Below are positions 20,386-30,136 of a stretch of DNA of 64,000 bases, one piece after another. Position numbers and translations under genes: made by a program. The first letter of the stretch is position 1. Each line of letters opens with the position of its first letter. Source of the DNA: Bacillota bacterium (GTDB taxonomy: Bacteria; Bacillota; DTU025; MWDF01); the NCBI GenBank assembly GCA_029565935.1, contig JAKQNF010000027.1:6905-70904 (forward strand), given 5' to 3'. Under the pieces are notes generated by a model that saw only the letters and a program-made list of their open reading frames with translations, was not told where the DNA came from and did no database searches.

Positions 20386-23292
20386 TTACTGGACTTCCAT
20401 GTCAATGGCCTGAGGTTTCACGGCTTCCTTCTTCACCGTCCTCTTCCTGCTAGACGGCTTCTTTGGCTTTTCAGCCGGCTCACTAGCGGATTCAGGGGTC
20501 CCTGACGGTACCGCCTCCACCTTGGCCTTATCGGCCTTCTTGGCAGTCGTCGACGTCTTCTTCCTCGGTGCAGGAGTCGTCTTCTCCTTGGCTAAGGACT
20601 GTTCTTTTTCTTCCTTTGCCTTCGCCGTGGATTTCTTGGCCTCGGAAGTAGAGGTGCTTTTCTTTGCCTTTGCCGGTGTCCTCTTAACGGCAGCCTTGGC
20701 GGTTGCCGGCTCCTTAGCACCTTCAGGGGATTTCCCGGCCGGAACAACCTTTACCTCAGGTCTTCCGTCTTTTTCGGGAGATGGCCCTTTAGTCGTTTCG
20801 AGTCTGGGCGCATCATCGGATTTGTGCCCTTCATGCGGGCGCTGCACCATTGGTTCGGGCTGCTTCGTCGGTACGGCGGCAGGCTCGGCCTTTTTCAGTT
20901 CGTGTCCTGAAGTATCCTCCCGCGGCCCTTCCTTCTTCGTATCCGAAGCCCTTGCCATCGTCATCCCAGCCGGTGCTGGTTTAGGCGCCTCGGTTACAGT
21001 CATCGCGCCGGCTAAGTGCCCTATCGTCCCTGCACTTGCATGGCCAGTCTTTCCAACGTTATGCGTCACAGGCGTTTTGCTCGCTTCAGGTACTTGGGCA
21101 TGCTCCTTAGCCGCTTGTCCCACAGTGAGCTGGGCAGCCGTATCTACTTGAGCATCTACTTTAACAGCAGCGTCAGATTGTGCTGCGGCTTCCGTGCCAG
21201 CGGGCTTCTTCCCGCGATGGCGACGACGGCGTCTCTTCTTCGCGACCTTGGCCACGTCGATGATAGCCTCGCCGACCAGGACCGCCCCTGCAACCTTGAT
21301 ATCGGCGCCTTCAGCGCCTTTCCCTTGCGTCTCCGATGCCGGTTCTTCCACTGCCGGCATGGTCTGCTGCTTCTCTTCCTGGCCTTCGCCGGTCGGAGCG
21401 GCCCCTTCCTTCGCAGGTTTGCGATGGCGGCGGCGGCGCCTCTTCCTCTTTGCCTCCTGCGAGGGTACACCTTCGGCTACGATCGGTGTCCCGGGCTCCT
21501 CGAAGCCCACAACGGCTGATTCCAGGCCATCTTCATCGAAGTCCTCTTCGGCCAGCACTGATGGCTTGTACACATGCGGCCTGCCTTCGATCCTCGCCTT
21601 GGCGAAGCTCTTAAACACCCTTACGATCTTCGCCCTGACCGACTTGCCGACCAAGTCTCCGGCATCTTCCACATGGATCGGCAGGCCGTTGTACATGCCT
21701 ATGCCATATTCGTTCCTGGTTTCGTCTGGCTGACCAATGACTACGTCCACGGCGTCGCCCTTCTTGACCGGGTGCACCAATGATAGTATCTCCTCCAGGC
21801 TCCCTGCCGCGAGCACCTTCACGTCCTCACGTGCGAGCGACGCGTCCGCCCTTATGAAGATATCCCTTAAGGTCTGCTCCTCCAGCTGCTTGATGGCTGC
21901 GCCCCCGTCTTGTGAGAGCTCCTCCGCCACATACGGATTCAATCCTATGAGGAGCGCTTGCATGTCGGTAGTGGCAGCTTCCCTCTTGATGAGCCTTTCG
22001 GCCCTCAGCGCCAGGGTCTCCTCGGAGATCACCTTGCCCCTGCCTTCGCATACGTCGCACACCCTGTGCGTCAGCTCGACCAGCCCCTGTTGGGACTTTT
22101 TCCTGGTCATCTCTATGAGGCCGAGCTTCGTGATGCCAAGGACGGATGTCTTCGCCTTGTCCTTCAGCAGGTGCTTCTCCAGCTCATCGAGCACGCGCTT
22201 CCTGTGGTCCTCGGATTCCATGTCTATGAAGTCGGCGATTATGATGCCACCTATGTTCCTAAGGCGCAGCTGGCGGGCAATCTCTCCTGCCGATTCGATG
22301 TTGTTCCTGAAAGCCGTGTCCTCGAGGTCCTTGCTTCCTGTGAACTTGCCGGTGTTGACATCCACCACCGTAAGGGCCTCCGTCGTATCGAATATCAGGT
22401 ATCCGCCGCTGCTGAGCCACACTTTCCGCCTAGTGGCCTTCCAGATCTCGTCCTCGATCCCGTATGCCTCGAAAACGGGCTTCTTATCCGAATAGAGCCT
22501 TATCCTCGGATCCTTCTCCATCTCGTCGAGATGCAGCAGGTCGGAGACCTTATTATAATCCGCTGTGGTGTTTACCGTGAACTCGGTAACGTCGTCGCCG
22601 AAGTAGTCCCTGGCCATCCTGTAAACCAGGTCGGCGTCATAGTGCAGCAGGCAGGGCGGCTTGGACCTGGCGGCCCTGGCCCTGATCTTCTTCCATGCCC
22701 TCGTCAGGAATTCTATGTCCCTGACTATCTCCTCGTCGGGCTGCTCTTCCGCCACGGTCCGTACAATGAGCCCCATCCCGCGCGGCTTGGCCTTGTTGGC
22801 CAGCTTCCTCAGCCTGTCCCTAGTCTCGTCGTCCACTATCTTGCGGCTTACGCCGACGTAGTTGACCGAAGGTATCAGGACGACGTACCGGCCGGCTAAC
22901 GTCACGTCCGTGACCACGCGCGCGCCCTTGGTGCCGATCGCTTCCTTAGTCACCTGGACGAGGACGTCCTGCCCAGGCTTCAGCAGTTCCTTGATGCTCT
23001 TGCTCCTGCTCTTGGGGAGTTCCACATCGTCGCCGTTCCTGGTGGCCCTAACTATCTCCGGAAGGCTCGCGGTGGCGTCGTCAACGTAGAGGAACGCGTT
23101 CTTCTCGAGCCCGATGTCTACGAACGAGGCCTGCATCCCCGGCAGGACGTTCTCAACCCTGCCCTTGTAGATGTTGCCGAGGACCGAAGGGTGCCTGCTC
23201 CTTTCGATGAACAGGTCGGCCAGCTTCCCGTCCTCTATGACGGCGGCCCTTACTTCCCCGTTGCTGTTGTCAATAACTATCTTCCTCGCCAC
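20386..23292 (-). CDS. rng: RNase E/G-family endoribonuclease with about 450-aa disordered K/A/E/P/R-rich C-terminal tail (969 aa from GTG at 23292)
   Basis: S1 domain (VLGNIYKGRVENVLPGMQASFVDIG). DNase-I-like catalytic core (ADFIDM). Zn-link CDVCEGRG. GTG start with AGGAG SD. Track ORF over-extended at N-terminus. Confidence 0.85.
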   Translation of the reverse strand: MARKIVIDNSNGEVRAAVIEDGKLADLFIERSRHPSVLGNIYKGRVENVLPGMQASFVDIGLEKNAFLYVDDATASLPEIVRATRNGDDVELPKSRSKSIKELLKPGQDVLVQVTKEAIGTKGARVVTDVTLAGRYVVLIPSVNYVGVSRKIVDDETRDRLRKLANKAKPRGMGLIVRTVAEEQPDEEIVRDIEFLTRAWKKIRARAARSKPPCLLHYDADLVYRMARDYFGDDVTEFTVNTTADYNKVSDLLHLDEMEKDPRIRLYSDKKPVFEAYGIEDEIWKATRRKVWLSSGGYLIFDTTEALTVVDVNTGKFTGSKDLEDTAFRNNIESAGEIARQLRLRNIGGIIIADFIDMESEDHRKRVLDELEKHLLKDKAKTSVLGITKLGLIEMTRKKSQQGLVELTHRVCDVCEGRGKVISEETLALRAERLIKREAATTDMQALLIGLNPYVAEELSQDGGAAIKQLEEQTLRDIFIRADASLAREDVKVLAAGSLEEILSLVHPVKKGDAVDVVIGQPDETRNEYGIGMYNGLPIHVEDAGDLVGKSVRAKIVRVFKSFAKARIEGRPHVYKPSVLAEEDFDEDGLESAVVGFEEPGTPIVAEGVPSQEAKRKRRRRRHRKPAKEGAAPTGEGQEEKQQTMPAVEEPASETQGKGAEGADIKVAGAVLVGEAIIDVAKVAKKRRRRRHRGKKPAGTEAAAQSDAAVKVDAQVDTAAQLTVGQAAKEHAQVPEASKTPVTHNVGKTGHASAGTIGHLAGAMTVTEAPKPAPAGMTMARASDTKKEGPREDTSGHELKKAEPAAVPTKQPEPMVQRPHEGHKSDDAPRLETTKGPSPEKDGRPEVKVVPAGKSPEGAKEPATAKAAVKRTPAKAKKSTSTSEAKKSTAKAKEEKEQSLAKEKTTPAPRKKTSTTAKKADKAKVEAVPSGTPESASEPAEKPKKPSSRKRTVKKEAVKPQAIDMEVQ

Positions 23293-23296
23293 AATC

Positions 23297-24016
23297 TCAG
23301 CTCCTAAATACTTCGGAAAAGGCTGTGTCGGCGCAATCGTCCATGGGGTCCTGCAATCCGCGGCCGAGGTCGATAAAAAGCCCTGTCCTGCAAAAATCGT
23401 ATGCTCCGGAGTAAAGTCCGCCCGAAACGGCCGACAAAGCATCGACGAAATACTGCGGCCTGAGGTTCTTGTCGCCGCACGCGACCTCTACCTCCAAGGC
23501 GCCGTCGACCGCCCTTACGGCGTATACCAGGCCCTTTACGTCCTTCTCCTTGCCGTCCCTGCCCAGGACCGTGACCGAGGGTGTAGCCTTGAAGGCCTCG
23601 ATCGCATCTTGCAGCGATCCGCAGGACCACCCGGCCTCATCCCGGCAGAACGGCTTTATCAAATACCTCGCCCTTCTTATCTTGGCGGGAAGGGCATAAC
23701 CGCCTCCAAACCTACCTACCGCTATCAGCGGCATCGTCTCGGGGAACGCGGACGACGCCATGCACAGCACGTCCGCGGGTTCGATTCCCCTCTCAAGCAA
23801 TACGTCCATGTGTTCCGCCACCGAACCTACGCCCACCTGCAGCGCGGCGGCGAACGTCATCTTGGGTCTGGGGCTGAACCCTTCGGAGTATAACACAGGC
23901 AGGCCCATTCTCCTAATGGCCCTTTCTACTGCGCGGATGGTGTCCAGATGGGATATATATCTCCCCGGGCCCACCTTGCCGTACTTTATCCTTATTGCCT
24001 CGAACTGTCCTGCCAT
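23297..24016 (-). CDS. Radical-SAM-linked protein (DUF2344-like), partner of adjacent radical SAM gene
   Basis: 239 aa. Always-adjacent partner arrangement upstream of rng, as typical for Clostridia. Family recalled from memory. Confidence 0.55.
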   Translation of the reverse strand: MAGQFEAIRIKYGKVGPGRYISHLDTIRAVERAIRRMGLPVLYSEGFSPRPKMTFAAALQVGVGSVAEHMDVLLERGIEPADVLCMASSAFPETMPLIAVGRFGGGYALPAKIRRARYLIKPFCRDEAGWSCGSLQDAIEAFKATPSVTVLGRDGKEKDVKGLVYAVRAVDGALEVEVACGDKNLRPQYFVDALSAVSGGLYSGAYDFCRTGLFIDLGRGLQDPMDDCADTAFSEVFRS

Positions 24017-25879
24017 CTACTCCTCCGGGCCCCTAACCACGTTCTTGATCCCGCCTTCGCAGACACCGCACAGGTTGCATGCCGTGAACCTGCAGTCTCC
24101 GGTGTTCTCTACCTGCCTTGCCTTCTCGAACTCCAAGGCGAGGAAGTCCGTCCTTACCTTAGTGTCTATGTGCCCCCAGGGAAGCCGCTCGGTGCGGGCG
24201 AATCCTCTCGAGGCCTCCGTGTCCATGTCCATGCCCGCCTCTTCCATCGCCTTGATCCAATACCCGGGCATTATGCACTCGCCCCAGCCATCGAACCTGG
24301 CACCGAGCTCATATGCCCTCGTTATCACACCGGCCATCGTCCTCGTGCCCCTCGAGAGGACCGCTTCCAGCTTGCTCGTGAAAGCATCCGAAAGCGAAAG
24401 CGTGATCCCCTTGGCCTTCATAAGGCCCCTCAGCCTCGCCTTCTTACCTTCGGTGATCTCCGATCTCTCAAGGCCCAGCCATTGGAACGGGGTGTGCGGC
24501 TTGGGTATGAGGGTCCCGACGCTTACATTGATCCTTATCCTCGACGGCGGCCTGCCCTTTCCTGCGGCCACCTCCCTTCCCAGTGCGAGAACCTTGAAGG
24601 TAAGGTCTGCGATCCCCTCCACGTCTTCAAGGGCCTCGAAAGGAAGGCCTATCATGAAATAGAGCTTCACCTGCTCCCAACCCGCCTCGAAAGCCGCCCT
24701 CGCTGCGGACATCAGGTCCTCTTCCGTCACGCCCTTGTTAATTATGTCCCTCATCCTCTGGGTACCGGCCTCGGGCGCGAACGTGAGCCCGGTCTTCCTG
24801 TGCGTGCCGACCTTACGTGCGAGCTCTATCGAGAAAGCGTCTATCCTAAGGGATGGCAAGGAGACTGCCACGCCCTTTTCTGCCAGCTCCGGAGCCATCC
24901 TGTCCACCAGTGGGCCTATCGCCGAGTAGTCCGCCGTCGAGAGAGAAAGTAGCGACACCTCGTCGTAGCCGCACTTCGCTGATGATTCCAATGCGGCGGC
25001 CCTCACCGTCGATGCCTTCCTCTCCCTTACGGGCCTGTTTATATATCCAGCCTGGCAGAACCTGCAGCCCCTCTCGCATCCGCGCATGACTTCCACGACG
25101 GTCCTGTCGTGAACGCACTCCACGAACGGCACGACCTCGTTACTTAGGGCAGCAGGGAATCTCTCCAAGTCGTCCAGCACCCTCCTTCTGATGCTCACGC
25201 TCGAAGGGTCATGCACGGCGGGGACGTAGAAGCCTTCCAGGGCGGACAGCGCCTCCAGCGCCTGCTTCTTGGATATCGTACGCGAGCGCCTCATCTCCAG
25301 AATCCACATGATCTCGCCCATCGCCTCTTCGCCATCTCCGATGAGGAAGGCGTCGAAGAACTCGGCCAGCGGCTCGGGGTTTACCGTACAGGAACCTCCT
25401 CCGATGACCAGAGGGTCTTCCTCTCCTCTTTCGGATGATCTCAACCTCATCCCGGAAAGGTCGATAAGCTGCAGGACATTGGTGTACGAGAGCTCGTACT
25501 GGAGGGTTATCCCAATGGCGTCGAAGCGTTTCGCAGGGCTCAGGCTCTCCAGTCCGTACAACGGGACGGATTCGTTCTTCATCGCCCTTTCCATGTCGGG
25601 CCATGGAGAGTACGCCCTTTCGGCACGCCAGCCCTCATGGGAGTTCACAAGGTCGTATAGTATCTTGAAGCCCAGGTAGGACATTCCCACCTCGTACGCG
25701 TCCGGGAATGCGAGCAGTATGGACGCTTTTGTCTTGTCCCAGTCGGCCCCGATCGCACCGAGCTCGCCGCCGGCGTACCTGCCAGGCTTCTGCACCATCG
25801 GCAGGATCCTCTGCTCCAGCCGCCTCCTTATTGTCTCCGGCCCGTCTGCGCAGGCCGCTTTCATCCCATATATTCCCAT
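24017..25879 (-). CDS. Radical SAM protein with B12-binding-like N-terminal domain (uncharacterised family)
   Basis: CERGCRFC = CxxxCxxC radical SAM motif. Start assigned to MGIYGMKAAC at 25879 with GAGGGG SD. Track ORF is longer. Confidence 0.7.
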   Translation of the reverse strand: MGIYGMKAACADGPETIRRRLEQRILPMVQKPGRYAGGELGAIGADWDKTKASILLAFPDAYEVGMSYLGFKILYDLVNSHEGWRAERAYSPWPDMERAMKNESVPLYGLESLSPAKRFDAIGITLQYELSYTNVLQLIDLSGMRLRSSERGEEDPLVIGGGSCTVNPEPLAEFFDAFLIGDGEEAMGEIMWILEMRRSRTISKKQALEALSALEGFYVPAVHDPSSVSIRRRVLDDLERFPAALSNEVVPFVECVHDRTVVEVMRGCERGCRFCQAGYINRPVRERKASTVRAAALESSAKCGYDEVSLLSLSTADYSAIGPLVDRMAPELAEKGVAVSLPSLRIDAFSIELARKVGTHRKTGLTFAPEAGTQRMRDIINKGVTEEDLMSAARAAFEAGWEQVKLYFMIGLPFEALEDVEGIADLTFKVLALGREVAAGKGRPPSRIRINVSVGTLIPKPHTPFQWLGLERSEITEGKKARLRGLMKAKGITLSLSDAFTSKLEAVLSRGTRTMAGVITRAYELGARFDGWGECIMPGYWIKAMEEAGMDMDTEASRGFARTERLPWGHIDTKVRTDFLALEFEKARQVENTGDCRFTACNLCGVCEGGIKNVVRGPEE

Positions 25880-25893
25880 ATTTCCCCTCAGAC

Positions 25894-27015
25894 CTAAAAT
25901 AGTATCTTCTTCCTTCGCATGCTGACGCTCTGGGCCATCCCGAGGCCCATCAGCGTCGCCATCACGGATGACCCAGCCGCGCTGAAGAAGGGCAGCGGTA
26001 TCCCCGTGCAGGGCATTATCGCCATGCTCATCCCCACGTTTATCGCCACGTGGGTGGCCATTATCGTCGAGATGCCTATGCACATCAGATTACCGAACCT
26101 GTCCTCGGTCGACATACCGATGCGAAGGCATCTCCATATCACCGCCATCAGGACCAGAAGCGCTACGGCCGCCCCGATGAAACCCAGCTCCTCGCCTATC
26201 ACCGTAAAGATGAAGTCGCTGTGGTGCTCCGGGACGAAACCCAGCTGCACCTGCGTGCCGCCAGTATATCCCTTACCTAGCAGGCCGCCGGAGCCTATGC
26301 CTATTACCGACTGTATCACGTTGTAGCCCGCACCGAACGGGTCCCTCCCGGGATTGAAGAAGGTCAGGATCCTCGCCTTCTGGTAATCGTCAAGGAACAG
26401 GAAGTAGCCCAGCGGCGCGGCCACGAAGATGCCCGCGGCGATAAGCCCCAGCACTATCTTCGTATCAGCTCCAGCAGCCCAAAGCATGGCCAGGACCATC
26501 GGGATAAAGACAAGGGCAGAGCCCAGGTCGTTCTGCAGTATCACTATCCCGGTCGGCACGGCCGCCATCAATAGCGGCACGACCATCTCACCAATTCCCA
26601 GCGGCCCTTCTTTTCTTGCCAGCTGCCCTGCGAGCGCGATGGCGACGCCGTACTTCACGAATTCTACCGGCTGGAGCGAGACCCCAGCCACCCTTATCCA
26701 TCCGAGGGCCCCTCTTACCCTTGTGCCGACGAGAGTAACCGCTACTAGAAGCAGGATGGACCCCGCGTATACCATAAGGTGCGTCCTTTGCAGTATGCGG
26801 TGCCCGATTATCATGAAAAAGGCCGCGAGCAGCAGGCCGATCAGCCCTGCGACGGCCTGTTTCTTGACCATCGACAGAGGATCGGACGACGTCAGGGACG
26901 GTTGAGCGTACGTCGCGCTGTACAGCACCACGCATCCGTACGCGAACGCTGCCGCGGTCACTATCACCAACAGCATGTCGACGTCCCTTAGCATCTTCCT
27001 GTTCAATAGGTTCAA
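25894..27015 (-). CDS. rodA: SEDS-family peptidoglycan glycosyltransferase RodA (FtsW/RodA/SpoVE family)
   Basis: 373 aa, 10-TM SEDS pattern. Located in mre/mrdA cluster. Confidence 0.8.
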   Translation of the reverse strand: MNLLNRKMLRDVDMLLVIVTAAAFAYGCVVLYSATYAQPSLTSSDPLSMVKKQAVAGLIGLLLAAFFMIIGHRILQRTHLMVYAGSILLLVAVTLVGTRVRGALGWIRVAGVSLQPVEFVKYGVAIALAGQLARKEGPLGIGEMVVPLLMAAVPTGIVILQNDLGSALVFIPMVLAMLWAAGADTKIVLGLIAAGIFVAAPLGYFLFLDDYQKARILTFFNPGRDPFGAGYNVIQSVIGIGSGGLLGKGYTGGTQVQLGFVPEHHSDFIFTVIGEELGFIGAAVALLVLMAVIWRCLRIGMSTEDRFGNLMCIGISTIMATHVAINVGMSMAIMPCTGIPLPFFSAAGSSVMATLMGLGMAQSVSMRRKKILF

Positions 27016-27668
27016 TTCCCTTCCCCTCTCCTGGACACCAAGCCCGCTTCGCCCTCCTGCAGGAACAGCCCTTCAGGTCCGAGCTTTATCGCCATCATGC
27101 GAACGGACGAGCCGCACGCCCGCTTAAGTTCGACTTCCATGGGACCGACCAGGTACCTCCCCGCCGCGAATCCCCCCGCGATTATCCTTGCTGACTTGTC
27201 GTCAGGCCAGCCGGCGCAGACGGTACCGCCCGCGATTCCGGTGATTATTACGTCGCCGCCGGCCCGCACGTTCCCTCCCGGCAGGACGTCTCCTAGTATC
27301 ACCACGCTCCCATCGCACATTATGGACTTGCCCGGCACCAGGTCCCCCTCATATATTGCGACTGGCGCCGACGCGGGCTTCCTGCCATGCCTTTGGTCCT
27401 TCCTCGTAGGAGGCGTCTCGTCGTTAAGGGCCGTCTGGGTTATAAGGGCTGCCGCCTTCTCGGAGGCCGCCTTAACGTCGGCTACCGCGCACGGGACGTT
27501 GTACCTTCTGAATACCGACCTTATCATCTCGGACTGTCCGTCAGCTATCAATCCGGACCTTGCCTCCACGGTTATCCTCTGCCCTGCGTAGAACGCCGGG
27601 TTGGAGGCCAGCTTCTCCTCTATGCCGGCAAGCGCCGACTCGAAATCCGCCCCTTCGGCTATCACCAC
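27012..27668 (-). CDS. minC: Septum site-determining protein MinC
   Basis: C-terminal beta-helix repeats DGSVVILGDVLPGGNVRAGGDVIITGIAGG. Position after mrdA as in Firmicutes. Confidence 0.75.
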   Translation of the reverse strand: MVIAEGADFESALAGIEEKLASNPAFYAGQRITVEARSGLIADGQSEMIRSVFRRYNVPCAVADVKAASEKAAALITQTALNDETPPTRKDQRHGRKPASAPVAIYEGDLVPGKSIMCDGSVVILGDVLPGGNVRAGGDVIITGIAGGTVCAGWPDDKSARIIAGGFAAGRYLVGPMEVELKRACGSSVRMMAIKLGPEGLFLQEGEAGLVSRRGEGN

Positions 27669-27736
27669 CTTCAGCGAGCGGCCTGTTCCCTTGAAAATGA
27701 CATCCTGCTTTTTGATCGGGTCTCCCCCCTCATAGA

Positions 27737-29590
27737 TCAGAGTCCTTCGGGCATCTCCTCGGGCAGCACCTCGGGCACTGCGTACTCTCCCACCTTGAAG
27801 TAGTATTCAAGCAGGTCCCTCGCTATCGGAGCGGACGATGCCCCTCCTCCGCCTCCGTTCTCCAGCATGACCACCACGACGATCTCAGGATCGTCCGACG
27901 GCGCCCAACAGGCGAACCATGCGTGGGAATCATTCGGAGGCGCCTGGGCCGTCCCGGTCTTACCTGACGTAGGTATGGGGAAGCCGGCGAACGCCCTTGC
28001 AGCGGTGCCTTTGGTGACGGTCATCCTCATGCCCTTCGATATTACGTCCCAGGTGCTACTAGAAAGCGTTACGCGATCCGGTTCGGCCTTGGCGCCCGTC
28101 TCGATCCTCACGCCGTCAGGGCCGACGACCTCTTTCAGTATGGTGGGCACGCACAGGATGCCGCGGGTGGCTACCGCCGAATACGCCCTCGCCATCTGAA
28201 GAGGCGTCACCGTCACCATCTGCCCTATCGTGTAAGACAGCTTCTCGCCTGGCATGAACTTCTTGTCGGCGCTGCTGGGCACCTTCCCCGCGTTCTCTAT
28301 CGCCGCAAGCTCGAAGCCGGTCTTCGCGCCCAGTCCGAAGGCCCTGGCCGTCTCGGCGAGCTTATCGACGGTCAGCCTTCTGCCCATCTCGTAGAAGTAT
28401 ATGTTGCAGGAAGTCGCGATCGCCGTGTACATGTCCACGTAACCGTGCGAAGTCCCGCTCGCCCACGACATGCACCTCATGCCGTAATATTTGTCAGCCA
28501 CGCTGGGCGAGCACAGTACCTTCTCGTTGGGGTCCACGACGCCGGCTTCCAGCGCGGCGGCCGTCACGATCGCCTTGAACGTGGAACCGGGAGGGTATGC
28601 GCCGCTTATGGCCCTGTTGAAGAGCGAAGACGGGCTGGAGTTGAGCTTGTTCCAGTCCTTCTCTGATACGCTGGGTATGAACACGCTCGGGTCGTAGTCG
28701 GGGTACGAGGCCATGGCCAGCACTTCCCCGTTCCTGGGGTCCATCGCGACCAGCGACCCGCTCTTCACCTTGGTGTACTTACCTGCGGCCCGTACGGCGG
28801 CGATGCCTTCCTTGAGGAGCTTCTCGGCCTCCTGCTGCAGCCCGGCGTCTATCGTTAGTACGACGGAATTGCCCGGCACAGGGTCGATGGCCGCAAGCGT
28901 GGACACGGGGCTGGCGGATGAGTTGACCTCTATCCGGTTGAACCCGTCAGTGCCGTGCAGGTACTCCTCCATGCCCCTTTCTACTCCCGCCTTGCCGATC
29001 TGGCTCATGGCCCTGTAGCCCTGGTTCCCCAGCTGCCTCAGCTCGTCGACGTTCACCTGCCCCATGTACCCGATTAGGTTGCCCGCGACGCTTCCTAGCG
29101 GGTAGGTCCTGTAGGGTTCCTCGTCGATGGTCACCCCTTCGAGCTCATAACGCCTTTCCGCTATGGCGGCCAGTATCTTCGGATCTGCGTCGGCGACCAG
29201 CTTAAGGGGCCTGTATGGCTGGCTGAACCTGCCCTTGGTGTGCTCTGCGTATTTGGCTGCCAGCTCTTCCCTCTTCATGCCGGTCAGCCTGGCGAGAAGG
29301 TCCAGCACCGCCTCTTTGTCCTTGACGTCCTTGGGCACAATGCTTATGCTGTAGGCCGTCCTGTTGGTCGCGAGGACCACGCCTTTGCGGTCGAGTATCT
29401 CGCCCCTTGGAGCCGTCAGGTATACCTTCGCCAGCCGGTTCTGCTCGGCTCTTTCCATGTAATAGCGCCCTTTTATCACCTGCAGGTACCAGAGCCTGGA
29501 CAGCATGACTATTATCATGGCGCCCACGATCCAGGATATCGTGCGCGTCCTGTTCTCCAGCATGTTCCTATCCCGTACCCTTATGCCCAT
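27737..29590 (-). CDS. mrdA: Penicillin-binding protein 2 (elongasome transpeptidase)
   Basis: 617 aa. N-terminal TM. GSTFK (SxxK) active-site motif. Follows mreD. Confidence 0.85.
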   Translation of the reverse strand: MGIRVRDRNMLENRTRTISWIVGAMIIVMLSRLWYLQVIKGRYYMERAEQNRLAKVYLTAPRGEILDRKGVVLATNRTAYSISIVPKDVKDKEAVLDLLARLTGMKREELAAKYAEHTKGRFSQPYRPLKLVADADPKILAAIAERRYELEGVTIDEEPYRTYPLGSVAGNLIGYMGQVNVDELRQLGNQGYRAMSQIGKAGVERGMEEYLHGTDGFNRIEVNSSASPVSTLAAIDPVPGNSVVLTIDAGLQQEAEKLLKEGIAAVRAAGKYTKVKSGSLVAMDPRNGEVLAMASYPDYDPSVFIPSVSEKDWNKLNSSPSSLFNRAISGAYPPGSTFKAIVTAAALEAGVVDPNEKVLCSPSVADKYYGMRCMSWASGTSHGYVDMYTAIATSCNIYFYEMGRRLTVDKLAETARAFGLGAKTGFELAAIENAGKVPSSADKKFMPGEKLSYTIGQMVTVTPLQMARAYSAVATRGILCVPTILKEVVGPDGVRIETGAKAEPDRVTLSSSTWDVISKGMRMTVTKGTAARAFAGFPIPTSGKTGTAQAPPNDSHAWFACWAPSDDPEIVVVVMLENGGGGGASSAPIARDLLEYYFKVGEYAVPEVLPEEMPEGL

Positions 29591-29608
29591 TATTCCTCCG
29601 GAAGGTCG

Positions 29609-30136
29609 CTAGTAATCCCGGTCTACCTTCACTTCCAGCCCCATCCTGAAGTGCAGCAGCCAATAGAGGCCGGCGCCGAAGCAGGCGTTGACGGCCGATG
29701 AGAAGGCCAGCTGGGCCAGCACCCTGGTTAAAAGGAAGTTCATGCCCAACGAAACCAGGACGAAGAGGTAGGTGATCTCTTTGAGGAGGTATCCTGCGAA
29801 AATGACAGCGGCGGGGGCGACTAGGGTCTCCTTCACGAGGTTCTTCTGCACCGACACCACCGCAAGGACCGAGACGAAGTACGACAGGGCGTTCAATCCT
29901 ACGAGCTGCCCCGTAAGCAAGTCGAACGTAAGTCCTCCTGCCAAGGCCAGGACGATCGCTATGGAGTTGTGCCCGAGTATCGCAAGGACCGCCATGAAGC
30001 AGAATACCGGCTCCATCGAAGCTGTGCCCGGCAGCAGGCCGGGCAACAGGGCCTCTTGCAGTATGACGCCGATAAAATAACCGAAGGCGGCCACCAACTT
30101 GGGATCGAGCTTCCTATGCGCCCCAAGCTGCCTCAC
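29609..30136 (-). CDS. mreD: Rod shape-determining protein MreD
   Basis: 175 aa polytopic membrane protein after mreC. Confidence 0.75.
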   Translation of the reverse strand: MRQLGAHRKLDPKLVAAFGYFIGVILQEALLPGLLPGTASMEPVFCFMAVLAILGHNSIAIVLALAGGLTFDLLTGQLVGLNALSYFVSVLAVVSVQKNLVKETLVAPAAVIFAGYLLKEITYLFVLVSLGMNFLLTRVLAQLAFSSAVNACFGAGLYWLLHFRMGLEVKVDRDY

